A stretch of DNA of 64,000 bases from an uncultured virus (IMG/VR IMGVR_UViG_3300010396_000044). Lineage: Duplodnaviria; Heunggongvirae; Uroviricota; Caudoviricetes. The notes below the pieces were generated by a model, which was given only the letters and a program-made list of their open reading frames with translations, was not told the origin of the DNA and did not search any database. The stretch is from IMG/VR virus record IMGVR_UViG_3300010396_000044; one strand, given 5' to 3'. Shown here in pieces: positions 18,594-27,136 of the stretch (positions are counted from its first letter, which is position 1; each line of letters opens with the position of its first letter). A program made the position numbers and the translations under genes.

Positions 18594-18988
18594 GCGGTTA
18601 CCCGCGTGCTGGCTTGGCGGGCTGCGGTGTTGATCCGGGCGGCGAAGTCCCGGGAGATGCTGGGGAATGAGGGCCCTGCTTTGAGTACCCATTGGAAACC
18701 GGGACCGTCGATGGTGACCCATACCTCGCGGGTATCGACTTTCTTCTTGCCTTTGTAGGCGACGTTGCCGGCGGTGTCCACGGTGGCTGTTACCCCGGCG
18801 ATGGGTACGATTTCGGGGACGCCGAGCAGGGCTGGCATGCGGATGATCCGGTCTCGGTAGACGTGCACGTGGCGCAGGCTGGTGACCCGTTCGGTTTGGT
18901 GCGCTTCCATCCACTGTTTGACGGTGGCGCGGGCGTTGCGGGTTTGGGCGCGTTGGGCGATGCGTTCCTGTTTGTTGTTGAACTTCAT
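18590..18988 (-). CDS. hypothetical protein (antisense moron)
   Basis: GAGAGG RBS; fills TerL-portal gap. Confidence 0.65.
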   Translation of the reverse strand: MKFNNKQERIAQRAQTRNARATVKQWMEAHQTERVTSLRHVHVYRDRIIRMPALLGVPEIVPIAGVTATVDTAGNVAYKGKKKVDTREVWVTIDGPGFQWVLKAGPSFPSISRDFAARINTAARQASTRVTA

Positions 18989-19119
18989 CGTGGGTGCCTC
19001 TCTCGTGCCTAGCGGTCGTTTCGGTTGGTCACTGGAAGTATCGGCGTCCCATGCCTGTAATTACTCACTGTGAGCTGTGAGTGTCCTGGGAGTCTCCTGC
19101 GGGTGGAAGGGGACTGTGG

Positions 19120-20601
19120 GTGCTTGCCGACGTTCACACTCCCGGTTCCCCGGGCTGGTGGCTGATCCGTCTGGGTCAGCGGCTCGCCGTGGACGGTCCC
19201 CGGTTCGACACGCTCGACGCCTACTGGCGTGGTGAGCATCCGCTGCCGTTCGGGAACCGGAAGATGCGGGAGGCGTACCGCCGGTTCCAGCAGCAAGCGA
19301 AAACGAACTTCTGCAAACTGGTTGCCGAGTCGGTGTGTGAGCGGTTGAAAGTCACGGGGTTCCGCACCGGTGGGGACGGCTCCGACACCCTGGATAAGCA
19401 GGCGTGGGGCTGGTGGCAGGCCAACCATTTGGACGCGGACTCGGGTTTGGTGCACCGCGCGGCGGTGGTCATGTCCCGCGCCTATGTCATCGTCGGTGAG
19501 GACCCGGATAAGCCCGGTCAGCCGCTGGTCACCGTGGAGGACCCTCGGCAGGTCATCCACGAGTCGTCGCCCACGAACCGGCGCAGGTTGTTGGCGGCGA
19601 TGAAAACGTGGTGGGACGACATTCAGCGCCGGCAGTGCGCTGTCGTCTACCTCCCTGGGTCGTTGCACTACTACCGCTCCCAGCAGCAGTCCCAGGGGGA
19701 GGACCGGCTGGTGCAGCCGTGGGCGTCGCAGCAGTGGGAACCCGACGTCGATGAGGCCCCTGACGGTGCTGCGGTGAACCCGTTGGGGCAGGTGCCGGTG
19801 GTGCCGTTCCTGAACTGCCCCGGTCTCGGCGGGAACACTTTGGGTGAGTTCGAGGACGTGTTGCCGGTGCAGGACCGGATCAACACCGAAGTCTTGGACC
19901 GCATGGTCATCTCCGCGATGCAGGCCTATCGGCAACGGTGGGCTGTCGGTGTCGATTTGACTGATGAGAATGGGCAACCCGCTGGCGGGTTCGACCCGGG
20001 TGCTGATTTGTTGTGGAACGTCGCTGATGATTCCGCGAAGTTCGGTGAGTTCTCCCCCGTTGACCTCTCCGGTGTGTTGGCCGCGGTGGAGGCTGATGTG
20101 CAGCATTTGGCGGCGATTACTCGCACCCCGCCGCATTATTTGCTCGGGTCCATGGTCAATTTGAGTGGGGATGCCCTCGCGGCCGCGGAGACTGGTTTGA
20201 CCAGCAAAGTTGCGGAGCGTTCCCAGGAGTTCGGTGAGTCCTGGGAGATGGTGTACCAGCTCGCCGGGTTGGTGCAAGGTCATCAGGTTCCAGACGACTG
20301 CGAGGTCATCTGGCAGAACCCGCAGTTCCGCACATTGACGGAGCTGGCTGCGGCGTCGGTGCAGTTGGTGACTGCGGGGGTGCCGTGGCGTACCCGCATG
20401 GAGTTGCTCGATTTCACCCCATCTCAGATTGATCGGATGGAGACCGAGCGCACCCAGGACGCGATGATGGACGCCCTCCTCGGTCCTCAAGCGCCGGCCA
20501 CGGCGCCGCCGGGTCCTCCGGGTGGGGCGGCTGCACCGCTGTCCGCAGCAGCCCGGGCTGAGCAGCCCATCGGTTCCCGCGGCGGCACCACCGGCCAGTG
20601 A
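19120..20601 (+). CDS. portal protein (SPP1 gp6-like)
   Basis: TNFCKLV..ERL..GF, WQAN.LD, NPLG.VPVVPF, GEFE..QDRIN, NLSGDAL.AAE. Confidence 0.95.
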   Translation: MLADVHTPGSPGWWLIRLGQRLAVDGPRFDTLDAYWRGEHPLPFGNRKMREAYRRFQQQAKTNFCKLVAESVCERLKVTGFRTGGDGSDTLDKQAWGWWQANHLDADSGLVHRAAVVMSRAYVIVGEDPDKPGQPLVTVEDPRQVIHESSPTNRRRLLAAMKTWWDDIQRRQCAVVYLPGSLHYYRSQQQSQGEDRLVQPWASQQWEPDVDEAPDGAAVNPLGQVPVVPFLNCPGLGGNTLGEFEDVLPVQDRINTEVLDRMVISAMQAYRQRWAVGVDLTDENGQPAGGFDPGADLLWNVADDSAKFGEFSPVDLSGVLAAVEADVQHLAAITRTPPHYLLGSMVNLSGDALAAAETGLTSKVAERSQEFGESWEMVYQLAGLVQGHQVPDDCEVIWQNPQFRTLTELAAASVQLVTAGVPWRTRMELLDFTPSQIDRMETERTQDAMMDALLGPQAPATAPPGPPGGAAAPLSAAARAEQPIGSRGGTTGQ

Positions 20602-21443
20602 CCGCCCCCGGAACAACCGTCGCCGGGTCGGCGGCTCCTGCGGTGGTGACCGCCGCCGCGTACACGACAGCCACCCAAGCGCTGCGGCAACGGATGACGA
20701 CGCTGGCGCAAACACTGTTCGGTGCGCAGGGCTACCGAGATCAGGGCGCCGCGGCCTACGTCACGACGATGGCCCCGCTTGCTGACGCGGCGCAGCGAAC
20801 CATGGCGTCCCTGACCGACGCGTACCTCACCGCGCAGATCGCAGCAGCAACCGGGCAGCCGATCGCACCTACCGGTATCCCCGCGGCGCTCGTCACCGGA
20901 GCTGGGATACGCGGCGTCGCTCCGGCCACGGTCCTGCGCCGCCCCTACGTCCAAGTCTGGACGGACCTCTCCAAAGGCAAAACACTTCAGCAGGCCGTGA
21001 ACGCTGGCCGGGCCCGCGCCGAGTCCATCGCCGTCACCAACCTGCAACTCGCGAAAACCAAAGCCGCGCAACACGTCCTCACCCGATCACCCACGAAGGT
21101 CATCGGCTACAGGCGGGAACTCGGTTCGGACCCGCATCACTGCGCGCTGTGTCTGCTCACCTCGAGCCGGATCTACCGCAAAGCCGACCTGTTGCCCCTC
21201 CATCCAGGCTGCTCGTGTACGCCAGTGCCCGTCATTCGCGGCGAACGAATACCTGAGCTCGATCCGACACAGGTGCACGACACCATCCGCCGGGACCTCG
21301 GCGACAAGTATGTCCATGCCGGCGGCCGCGGGCTGGTGAATTACCGCCGAATCGTCATCACACACGAGCATTCGGAACTTGGCCCTGTCCTCGGGGTACG
21401 TGGCCAGCATTTCACCGGACCATCCGACATCCCAGGAGGCTGA
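20598..21443 (+). CDS. MuF-like minor head / capsid maturation protein
   Basis: GYRR..CALC..LHPGCSC; follows portal. Confidence 0.75.
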   Translation: MTAPGTTVAGSAAPAVVTAAAYTTATQALRQRMTTLAQTLFGAQGYRDQGAAAYVTTMAPLADAAQRTMASLTDAYLTAQIAAATGQPIAPTGIPAALVTGAGIRGVAPATVLRRPYVQVWTDLSKGKTLQQAVNAGRARAESIAVTNLQLAKTKAAQHVLTRSPTKVIGYRRELGSDPHHCALCLLTSSRIYRKADLLPLHPGCSCTPVPVIRGERIPELDPTQVHDTIRRDLGDKYVHAGGRGLVNYRRIVITHEHSELGPVLGVRGQHFTGPSDIPGG

Positions 21444-21447
21444 CACC

Positions 21448-21696
21448 GTGGGTAACCACAGCGCCGACCAGCGCCGGCAACTCCTCAAGCAAGGCAAAGC
21501 GCTACCCGACCCTAACGGCGGTCCGCCACGATTCCCCATCGCTGACGCTTCGGACCTCGATTCCGCGGTCCACCTCGCGAGAACACCCGAGGAACGCCGC
21601 TTCGTCTATAAGCGGGCGCAGCAGATGAACATGCTCGGGAAGATCCCGTCGAATTGGAAGTCAGATGGGACTCTTCGTGACGACAGTTCCTCCTAA
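21448..21696 (+). CDS. small head-module protein (DUF6582-like)
   Basis: AGGAGG RBS; RRQL..GKALP..FPI..DL..A..I.KRA..L..IP.W. Confidence 0.6.
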   Translation: MGNHSADQRRQLLKQGKALPDPNGGPPRFPIADASDLDSAVHLARTPEERRFVYKRAQQMNMLGKIPSNWKSDGTLRDDSSS

Positions 21697-21794
21697 GTAA
21701 CACCTCACAGCTTTTCACCCGCATGTCAGCGGGTGAATGCGCGACGGCGGCGCTCAACAGCCGGTCATGCCGACGGGCTCACGGAGAAACAACA

Positions 21795-22385
21795 ATGTCA
21801 GACAACGACGCCCCCGACCAGGGCGGAACAACGGAACCCCAAAACAACACCCCCGACAACAGCGACGAGCCACGCGACCAAACCCACCCAGGGCACGACG
21901 CTGACGACCAGGGACAAGACCAGCGGGAACCGGACCAGAAAAACACCGGCAAAACCTTCACCCAAGCCGACGTGGACAAACTCATCGCCGACCGCGTCGC
22001 CAGGGAACGCAAAAAATACGCCGGGCACGACGACCTGAAACGCAAAGCCTCCGAGTTCGACAAGCTCGAAGACGCCAAAAAGAGCGAAGCGCAGAAACTC
22101 AACGACCAACTTGCGGCGGCGCAAGTCGAACTCCAAGGCTACCGAGTCGCCGAAATCAGACGCAACGCCGCCATCGAGGCGGGACTCGACCAGAGACACG
22201 CCGAGTTCATCACCGCAGCCGACGCAGACCAAGCCCTAGAGCAAGCCAAACGGCTCGCCGAGGCATTCAAACCGGCCACCACACAACCCGGACGGCCGGA
22301 CCTCAAACAAGGCGCCCGCCCACAAACGCAGCAAACCATGTCCAGAGACGACCTGCTGCGGGGTCTCGCGGGCTACCGGCGCTAA
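21795..22385 (+). CDS. capsid scaffolding protein
   Basis: acidic N-terminus, KTFTQADVDKLI..RV.RER, coiled coil; precedes capsid. Confidence 0.85.
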   Translation: MSDNDAPDQGGTTEPQNNTPDNSDEPRDQTHPGHDADDQGQDQREPDQKNTGKTFTQADVDKLIADRVARERKKYAGHDDLKRKASEFDKLEDAKKSEAQKLNDQLAAAQVELQGYRVAEIRRNAAIEAGLDQRHAEFITAADADQALEQAKRLAEAFKPATTQPGRPDLKQGARPQTQQTMSRDDLLRGLAGYRR

Positions 22386-22460
22386 CCCCAGCAGCTAACC
22401 AGGCACACAGGCCCGGTCCTTTCGCTGCGCAATTTTTACAGATAAGGAGCTGGGCCAGCC

Positions 22461-23423
22461 ATGGCCACGTACAACACTGGAATTAACCGAGGCAACCCCC
22501 CGTACGGCACCGATCCGCTCGTTCCCGAGCCGTTGTCTGAGGACATCATTCAGATGCTTCCCCAGCAGTCCGCGGTGCTGAAAATGGCGCGGCAGGTGCC
22601 CATGTCCACCCGCACCAACCGGCTGCCCGTGCTTGACGTCCTGCCAGTAGCTTACTTCGTGACCGGCGACTCGGGCTTGAAACAAACCACGAACATGGCG
22701 TGGAAAAATGTAACGTTAGTGGCCGAGGAATTGGCTGCTATCGTGCCGATCCCCGACGCATATTTGTCGGACACGAACATTCCGTTGTGGGATGAGGTTC
22801 GGCCTCGGATGGTTGAGGCGCTCGCTCGCGCGATTGACGCGGCGTGCTTGTTCGGGACAAACATTCCGTCGACGTGGTCGACTGCGATCATTCCGCAGGC
22901 GATCGCGGTGGGGAACACTGTCGCGGATACGAACAACGACGTGCCAGCGTCGGTCGCGTCGTTGGCTGAGAAGATCTCCCTGGATGGCTACACTAACCTT
23001 AACGGTTGGCTTATTCGGCCTGGGTTTAAGTGGCGTTTGTTGCGGGTGCGGTCTTCCGGTTCTGGTGTGCCGATCTACGTCCCGGATTTGGAGAACGGGC
23101 AGGGCGGTAGCTTGTATGGTTACCCGTTGCAGGAAGTCGCTAACGGGGCGTGGGATCCCAGCGTGGCGGATATGGTTGTCGGCGATTGGAACATGGCCAT
23201 CATCGGTATGCGGCAGGACATCACGTTCAAAATGTTCGACCAGGGCATCATCTCCGATGACACTGGCAAAGTTGTCTGGAATAGCATGCAACAGGACGGC
23301 CAGGCTATGCGGGTGGTCATGAGATTAGCGTTCGCGACTGCGAATCCTGTGACCCCGTTGAATAGCAACGATAACACCCGCTACCCCTTCGGTGTTCTGG
23401 CCACGGGAAGTGCGTCAAGCTAA
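22461..23423 (+). CDS. major capsid protein (HK97 fold)
   Basis: LVPE..IIQ, ELAAIVPIP, IDAA.LFG, LYGYP, GDW..IG.RQDIT, QQD..A.R..MR. Confidence 0.93.
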   Translation: MATYNTGINRGNPPYGTDPLVPEPLSEDIIQMLPQQSAVLKMARQVPMSTRTNRLPVLDVLPVAYFVTGDSGLKQTTNMAWKNVTLVAEELAAIVPIPDAYLSDTNIPLWDEVRPRMVEALARAIDAACLFGTNIPSTWSTAIIPQAIAVGNTVADTNNDVPASVASLAEKISLDGYTNLNGWLIRPGFKWRLLRVRSSGSGVPIYVPDLENGQGGSLYGYPLQEVANGAWDPSVADMVVGDWNMAIIGMRQDITFKMFDQGIISDDTGKVVWNSMQQDGQAMRVVMRLAFATANPVTPLNSNDNTRYPFGVLATGSASS

Positions 23424-23428
23424 ACCCG

Positions 23429-23497
23429 CTAGCGCATGTAGTCGCGGTGAGCATGCATAGGAAAACCGGGCGCATGCTCACCGCGACTACGCGCTAG
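23429..23497. terminator. long inverted repeat after capsid gene (terminator/RNA stabiliser)
   Basis: 19-bp perfect stem GTAGTCGCGGTGAGCATGC plus 7 bp beyond a 2-nt bulge; 15-nt loop; no U-tract. Confidence 0.6.
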
Positions 23498-23523
23498 ATT
23501 CCCCCGTGGGGAGAGGAGACAGG

Positions 23524-24558
23524 GTGCGGGTCCTCGCGATGCTGCACTTGTACTCACCGAACCATAATGCTGGCGCCGAGGTCGCCGCTCACGCTCTGCT
23601 GCGGACCTTAGTTGGTCGTGGGCATCAGGTTGTGGTGCAGTTGTCGCAGGTGCATCCGATGTTCCACACCGGCCCGTACGTGTATGACGGTGTGTCAGTG
23701 TGGCCGTACCGGGACAAGGACGACCCGCTGCGTTGGATCAACTCCCCTACCCCGCCGCAGCTGATTGTTGCGCATTTGGAGAACGCGATCCGCGCGTCAA
23801 TCCTCGGCAGCATGCATAAAATCCCCTCTGCGATTCTCATGCACAACACGTACACGAAATCGAAAGCTGATTTGCGGTGGGGTGCTGGGTTGGTGGTGTA
23901 CAACACGGAGTGGATGCGCGCGGATGTGGAGCGGTGGTGGGAGTCAAACCAGGGAACGACCCCCCCGCGGGGAATCGTGGTGCATCCTCCGATTTTCCCT
24001 GACCAGTACCGGATCACTCCCCCACCGGCTCGGGCGGGTTGCGTGACGTTGGTGAACCTTTACAAGGAGAAGGGTTCGGCAATGTTTTACGCGCTTGCGG
24101 AGCGGTTCCCGCGGCAGCGGTTCCTTGGCGTGTGCGGCGCGTACGGTAAGCAGGATGTCCGCAGCGGGTTGCCGAACGTGGAGATCGTGCAGCATGTCGC
24201 GGCGCATGAGATGCCGGCGCGGGTTTATTCGCGGACGCGGGTGCTGCTGGCGCCGTCGTCGTACGAATCGTATGGGCGGGTGGCGGTGGAGGCGGCGTGT
24301 TCGGGGATTCCGACGATCGCGCACCCGACCTCGGGTCTGGTGGAGGCGTTGGGTGAGGGTGGCACGTTCGCTGACCGGGATGACGTTGATGCGTGGGCCG
24401 GGGCGTTGCGGGGGTTGTTGACGCCGAGGGGTTGGGTGGCGGCGTCGGCTCGGGCTCGTGCGGTGGCTGACCGTTTGGACACGGCTGGGGATTTGGAGCG
24501 GTGGGCGGTCGAGGCGGAACGTCTCAGCCGCGCTGTGAGAGCTCCTGTCTTGGTGTGA
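23524..24558 (+). CDS. glycosyltransferase (GT-B / GT4-like)
   Basis: HNAGAE N-terminus; LLAPSSYESYGRVAVEAACSGIPTIA..GLVE. Confidence 0.9.
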   Translation: MRVLAMLHLYSPNHNAGAEVAAHALLRTLVGRGHQVVVQLSQVHPMFHTGPYVYDGVSVWPYRDKDDPLRWINSPTPPQLIVAHLENAIRASILGSMHKIPSAILMHNTYTKSKADLRWGAGLVVYNTEWMRADVERWWESNQGTTPPRGIVVHPPIFPDQYRITPPPARAGCVTLVNLYKEKGSAMFYALAERFPRQRFLGVCGAYGKQDVRSGLPNVEIVQHVAAHEMPARVYSRTRVLLAPSSYESYGRVAVEAACSGIPTIAHPTSGLVEALGEGGTFADRDDVDAWAGALRGLLTPRGWVAASARARAVADRLDTAGDLERWAVEAERLSRAVRAPVLV

Positions 24559-24661
24559 GGCGAGGGCGGGACTCGAACCTGCGACCTCCGCTACTTCTGG
24601 TTTCGGCCCCAGCTGGCGGCCTACACACTTCACGGCGCTCTATCCGCTGAGCTACCTCGCC
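24558..24661 (-). ncRNA. tRNA-like RNA with oversized anticodon region
   Basis: GGCGAGG/CCTCGCC acceptor, TA-GCTC..GAGC D-arm, AGGTC, GCAGG-TTCGAGT-CCCGC T-arm; 48 nt instead of 17 between D-arm and variable loop; TACGAT -10 upstream. Confidence 0.8.
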
Positions 24662-24682
24662 GAACGGGAATCGTAACGGGAG

Positions 24683-25312
24683 GTGGCTGGGGTGTCGTTG
24701 CCTCCGTTGGCTCAGGTGTCGGATGTGACCGCGCGGTTGCCGTCGTCGGTGTCGGTGGAGACAACGCGGGTGGCGGCGCTGTTGACGGACGCTTCAGCGG
24801 TGGTGCGTAACTTCACCCGGCAGCAGTTCACGACGGCGCAGACCACGGACAAGATCCGCCCGATCGGTTACCGGCTGCGACTGCCCCAAAAACCTGTCGT
24901 GTCTGTTGATTCGCTGGCGTTGTTGTTGTTCAACTCGGCGACGCCGTACCCGTTCCCCGGGTGGTGGTGGGACGGCTCGGACGAGGTGTGGCTTGTCACC
25001 GGGGATCAGCTCATCAACCTCGCTGAGGAGGCTGTGGGGTTTCTGGAGTGGCAGTCGCCGGTGTGTTTGGTGACTTACACCCATGGTTACGACATGTCGC
25101 CTGATGATGTGGTTGGTGTGGTGTGTTCGATGGTGATCCGCACGTTGACTGCGCCGGGTTTGGGTGGGGTGGTCAGTGAGGGTGTGGGTGAGTACAACTA
25201 TCGGCTTTCCGATGCTGCGGCGCAGGGGTCGATGGCGTTGACGGTGGCTGAGCAGCAGATCCTGAAGCCGTACCGGCCGCGTAAGTCCGCGACAGCTGAA
25301 CTGCGCTGGTGA
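24683..25312 (+). CDS. head-to-tail adaptor
   Basis: PLA..DV..R..LL.DAS..VR, YTHGY..P.DV..VVC.MV.R, E.VG.Y. Confidence 0.85.
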   Translation: MAGVSLPPLAQVSDVTARLPSSVSVETTRVAALLTDASAVVRNFTRQQFTTAQTTDKIRPIGYRLRLPQKPVVSVDSLALLLFNSATPYPFPGWWWDGSDEVWLVTGDQLINLAEEAVGFLEWQSPVCLVTYTHGYDMSPDDVVGVVCSMVIRTLTAPGLGGVVSEGVGEYNYRLSDAAAQGSMALTVAEQQILKPYRPRKSATAELRW

Positions 25313-25328
25313 GGCATAATGGCTGGCT

Positions 25329-25877
25329 ATGAAGAAGATCCCCACTCTCTATAGGCGTGATCCTGATGATTTGCGCTGTTTGACTCGGGAGCGTCACCCA
25401 GACACATTGTGGGTGGACGAGGACTGTTCTGTCGCCACCCGCAAGTACGATGGAACGTGTCTTATGTTGGACAATGAATCCACGTGGTGGGCGCGGCGGG
25501 AAGTGAAGCCAGGAAAAACCCCGCCGCCCGGGTTCCAGGTCGCCGAGGTTGATCGTACCACCGGGAGAACAGTCGGTTGGGAACCGATTGACCAGTCACC
25601 GTTCGTTAAGGCGTGGCAAGACGCTCAACGAAACCAAGAGTCCCGATCCTTCACTCCTGGCACGTACGAGTTGATTGGCCCAAAAGTCAATGGCAACCCA
25701 GAGAAACGTGAGCGACACGAACTGATTAAACACGCCGAGGCGGAGCGCATAGACGGAGTTCCAGTGGAATATGACGACCTGCGAGATTGGCTCGCCGAGT
25801 TCCCTGGCGAGGGGATCGTGTGGCATCATCCCGATGGGCGCATGACAAAAATTAAGCGCCGCGACTTCGGTTCGTAA
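25329..25877 (+). CDS. RNA ligase, RLIG1/C12orf29 (DUF5565)-like
   Basis: ATRKYDGTC (motif I KxDG), GTYELIGPKVNGNP, EGIVWH.PDG.MTKIK; CATAAT 8 nt upstream; lower GC. Confidence 0.8.
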   Translation: MKKIPTLYRRDPDDLRCLTRERHPDTLWVDEDCSVATRKYDGTCLMLDNESTWWARREVKPGKTPPPGFQVAEVDRTTGRTVGWEPIDQSPFVKAWQDAQRNQESRSFTPGTYELIGPKVNGNPEKRERHELIKHAEAERIDGVPVEYDDLRDWLAEFPGEGIVWHHPDGRMTKIKRRDFGS

Positions 25878-25926
25878 AAGTTCAGTAACCAGCCCCGCCG
25901 GATCCGACCATGCGGGGGGGGGGCTG

Positions 25927-26262
25927 GTGTTTTTCCCGAACGCGATTAGTGTCACGGTGTCTCACCGGACGATTGACCGTAACGGTGACTGGACCGTGAC
26001 GAGTTCGTACCGGCTCGACGGGTGCGCTATTTCGCTGGCCTCGAAGACTCGTGCTTATGCGACGGAGACGTTCGAGCAGGACACCATCATGGGTATTACC
26101 ATGTTGTTCGCCCCCTCAGGGTCCGATATTCGTGTCGATGACCTGGTCACGTTGGATGACGGCACGATCTGGCATGTGTGGGGTTTGCCGACACAGTTTC
26201 AGTCGCCGTTCACGGGGTGGACGCCGGGCATGCAAGTCCCGCTGCGCCACTTCTCCGGGTAA
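25927..26262 (+). CDS. head-to-tail stopper
   Basis: FAP.G.DI..D.V..W.V.G.P..SPFTGW; position. Confidence 0.8.
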   Translation: MFFPNAISVTVSHRTIDRNGDWTVTSSYRLDGCAISLASKTRAYATETFEQDTIMGITMLFAPSGSDIRVDDLVTLDDGTIWHVWGLPTQFQSPFTGWTPGMQVPLRHFSG

Positions 26263-26277
26263 GGGAGGTCGCTGGTA

Positions 26278-26616
26278 ATGGGGTTCGGTCGTGTTTCCAT
26301 TGATTATGAGACTCTTGGGCATTGGATGTTCGAGTCCGAAGACTTGGCCGCGGCGCTGGGGGCGCACGCTGAGACTGGGGTGGCGTTCGCGAAATCGATC
26401 GCCCCGGTGGGTCCGCCTCGTGACCCGCACCGTGGAGAGTTCCGGGACTCCATCCACGCGGAGGTGTCCCGCGGTATCCGTGGTGGTGTGGCCGCGCGGA
26501 TCGTCGCTGGCCCGTTGTGGCCCGAGTTCGGCCGCAGGTGGACCAACCCTTATGCCGGGTCGGACACCCTGCGCCGCACCCGCCAGTACCTCAACAGCCC
26601 CAAACGGAGCGCCTAA
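26278..26616 (+). CDS. HK97 gp10-like tail completion protein
   Basis: AKSIAPV..G.FRDSI..EFG. Confidence 0.7.
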   Translation: MGFGRVSIDYETLGHWMFESEDLAAALGAHAETGVAFAKSIAPVGPPRDPHRGEFRDSIHAEVSRGIRGGVAARIVAGPLWPEFGRRWTNPYAGSDTLRRTRQYLNSPKRSA

Positions 26617-27027
26617 ATGGGCTTGGACCTGCCAGCGTTCGCTGACGCCGAGGAGGTCGGTGTTGCGCTGCTGTCCCCGATCGGGCCGCCTGTGGTCAAA
26701 GGAACACCACCCACGCTGACACCACCGATGATCGTGGTGCGCCGCACGGGCGGTAACTGTGACTACGTCACCGATTTCCCCGAGTTGATGGTCCGCGCGT
26801 TGGACGCGACTCGTCCGGCGTCGATGGCGCTTCAGTTGCAATGCCAACGGATCATTGAGAACGCTTTCGCTACCGAGGTCACCTTGGACGACGGCACGAT
26901 CGTCCTCATTGACGGTACGCAAACGATGACGTCGGGGCATCCGATGGTGTACGAGAACGTGGACGTGCGCGAAGTCATGGCCATTTACCAGATCAAAATG
27001 CGCCGACCGGTTTTCGTGCCGAGCTAG
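26617..27027 (+). CDS. tail terminator
   Basis: FADAE, P.IVVRRTGG..D.P; position before major tail. Confidence 0.8.
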   Translation: MGLDLPAFADAEEVGVALLSPIGPPVVKGTPPTLTPPMIVVRRTGGNCDYVTDFPELMVRALDATRPASMALQLQCQRIIENAFATEVTLDDGTIVLIDGTQTMTSGHPMVYENVDVREVMAIYQIKMRRPVFVPS

Positions 27028-27136
27028 TTCCAACGTTGGCGATAGGTCTATCGCCTAGATGTAACGCAAACACCGTTTTGTTGTAGATCCCGCCCGCTGG
27101 GCGGTCCATCCACCCTGCCCAGGAGAGGGAAGTTCC

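Noticed and set aside
17065..20715. long antisense ORFs (471 aa, 568 aa) and similar shadows elsewhere
   Set aside because: Opposite well-supported genes; expected in high-GC DNA; no motifs.
24558..24661. Y RNA (YrlA), tmRNA or canonical tRNA-His
   Set aside because: Arms are in normal tRNA order with an open acceptor stem and no Ro/Rsr gene is seen; no G3-U70 or tag ORF; no U33, G-1 or C73.
25914..25923. G10 tract as phase-variation switch before the stopper gene
   Set aside because: Intergenic, part of a CCAGCCCC/GGGGCTGG hairpin and RBS region; no evidence of length variation without reads.
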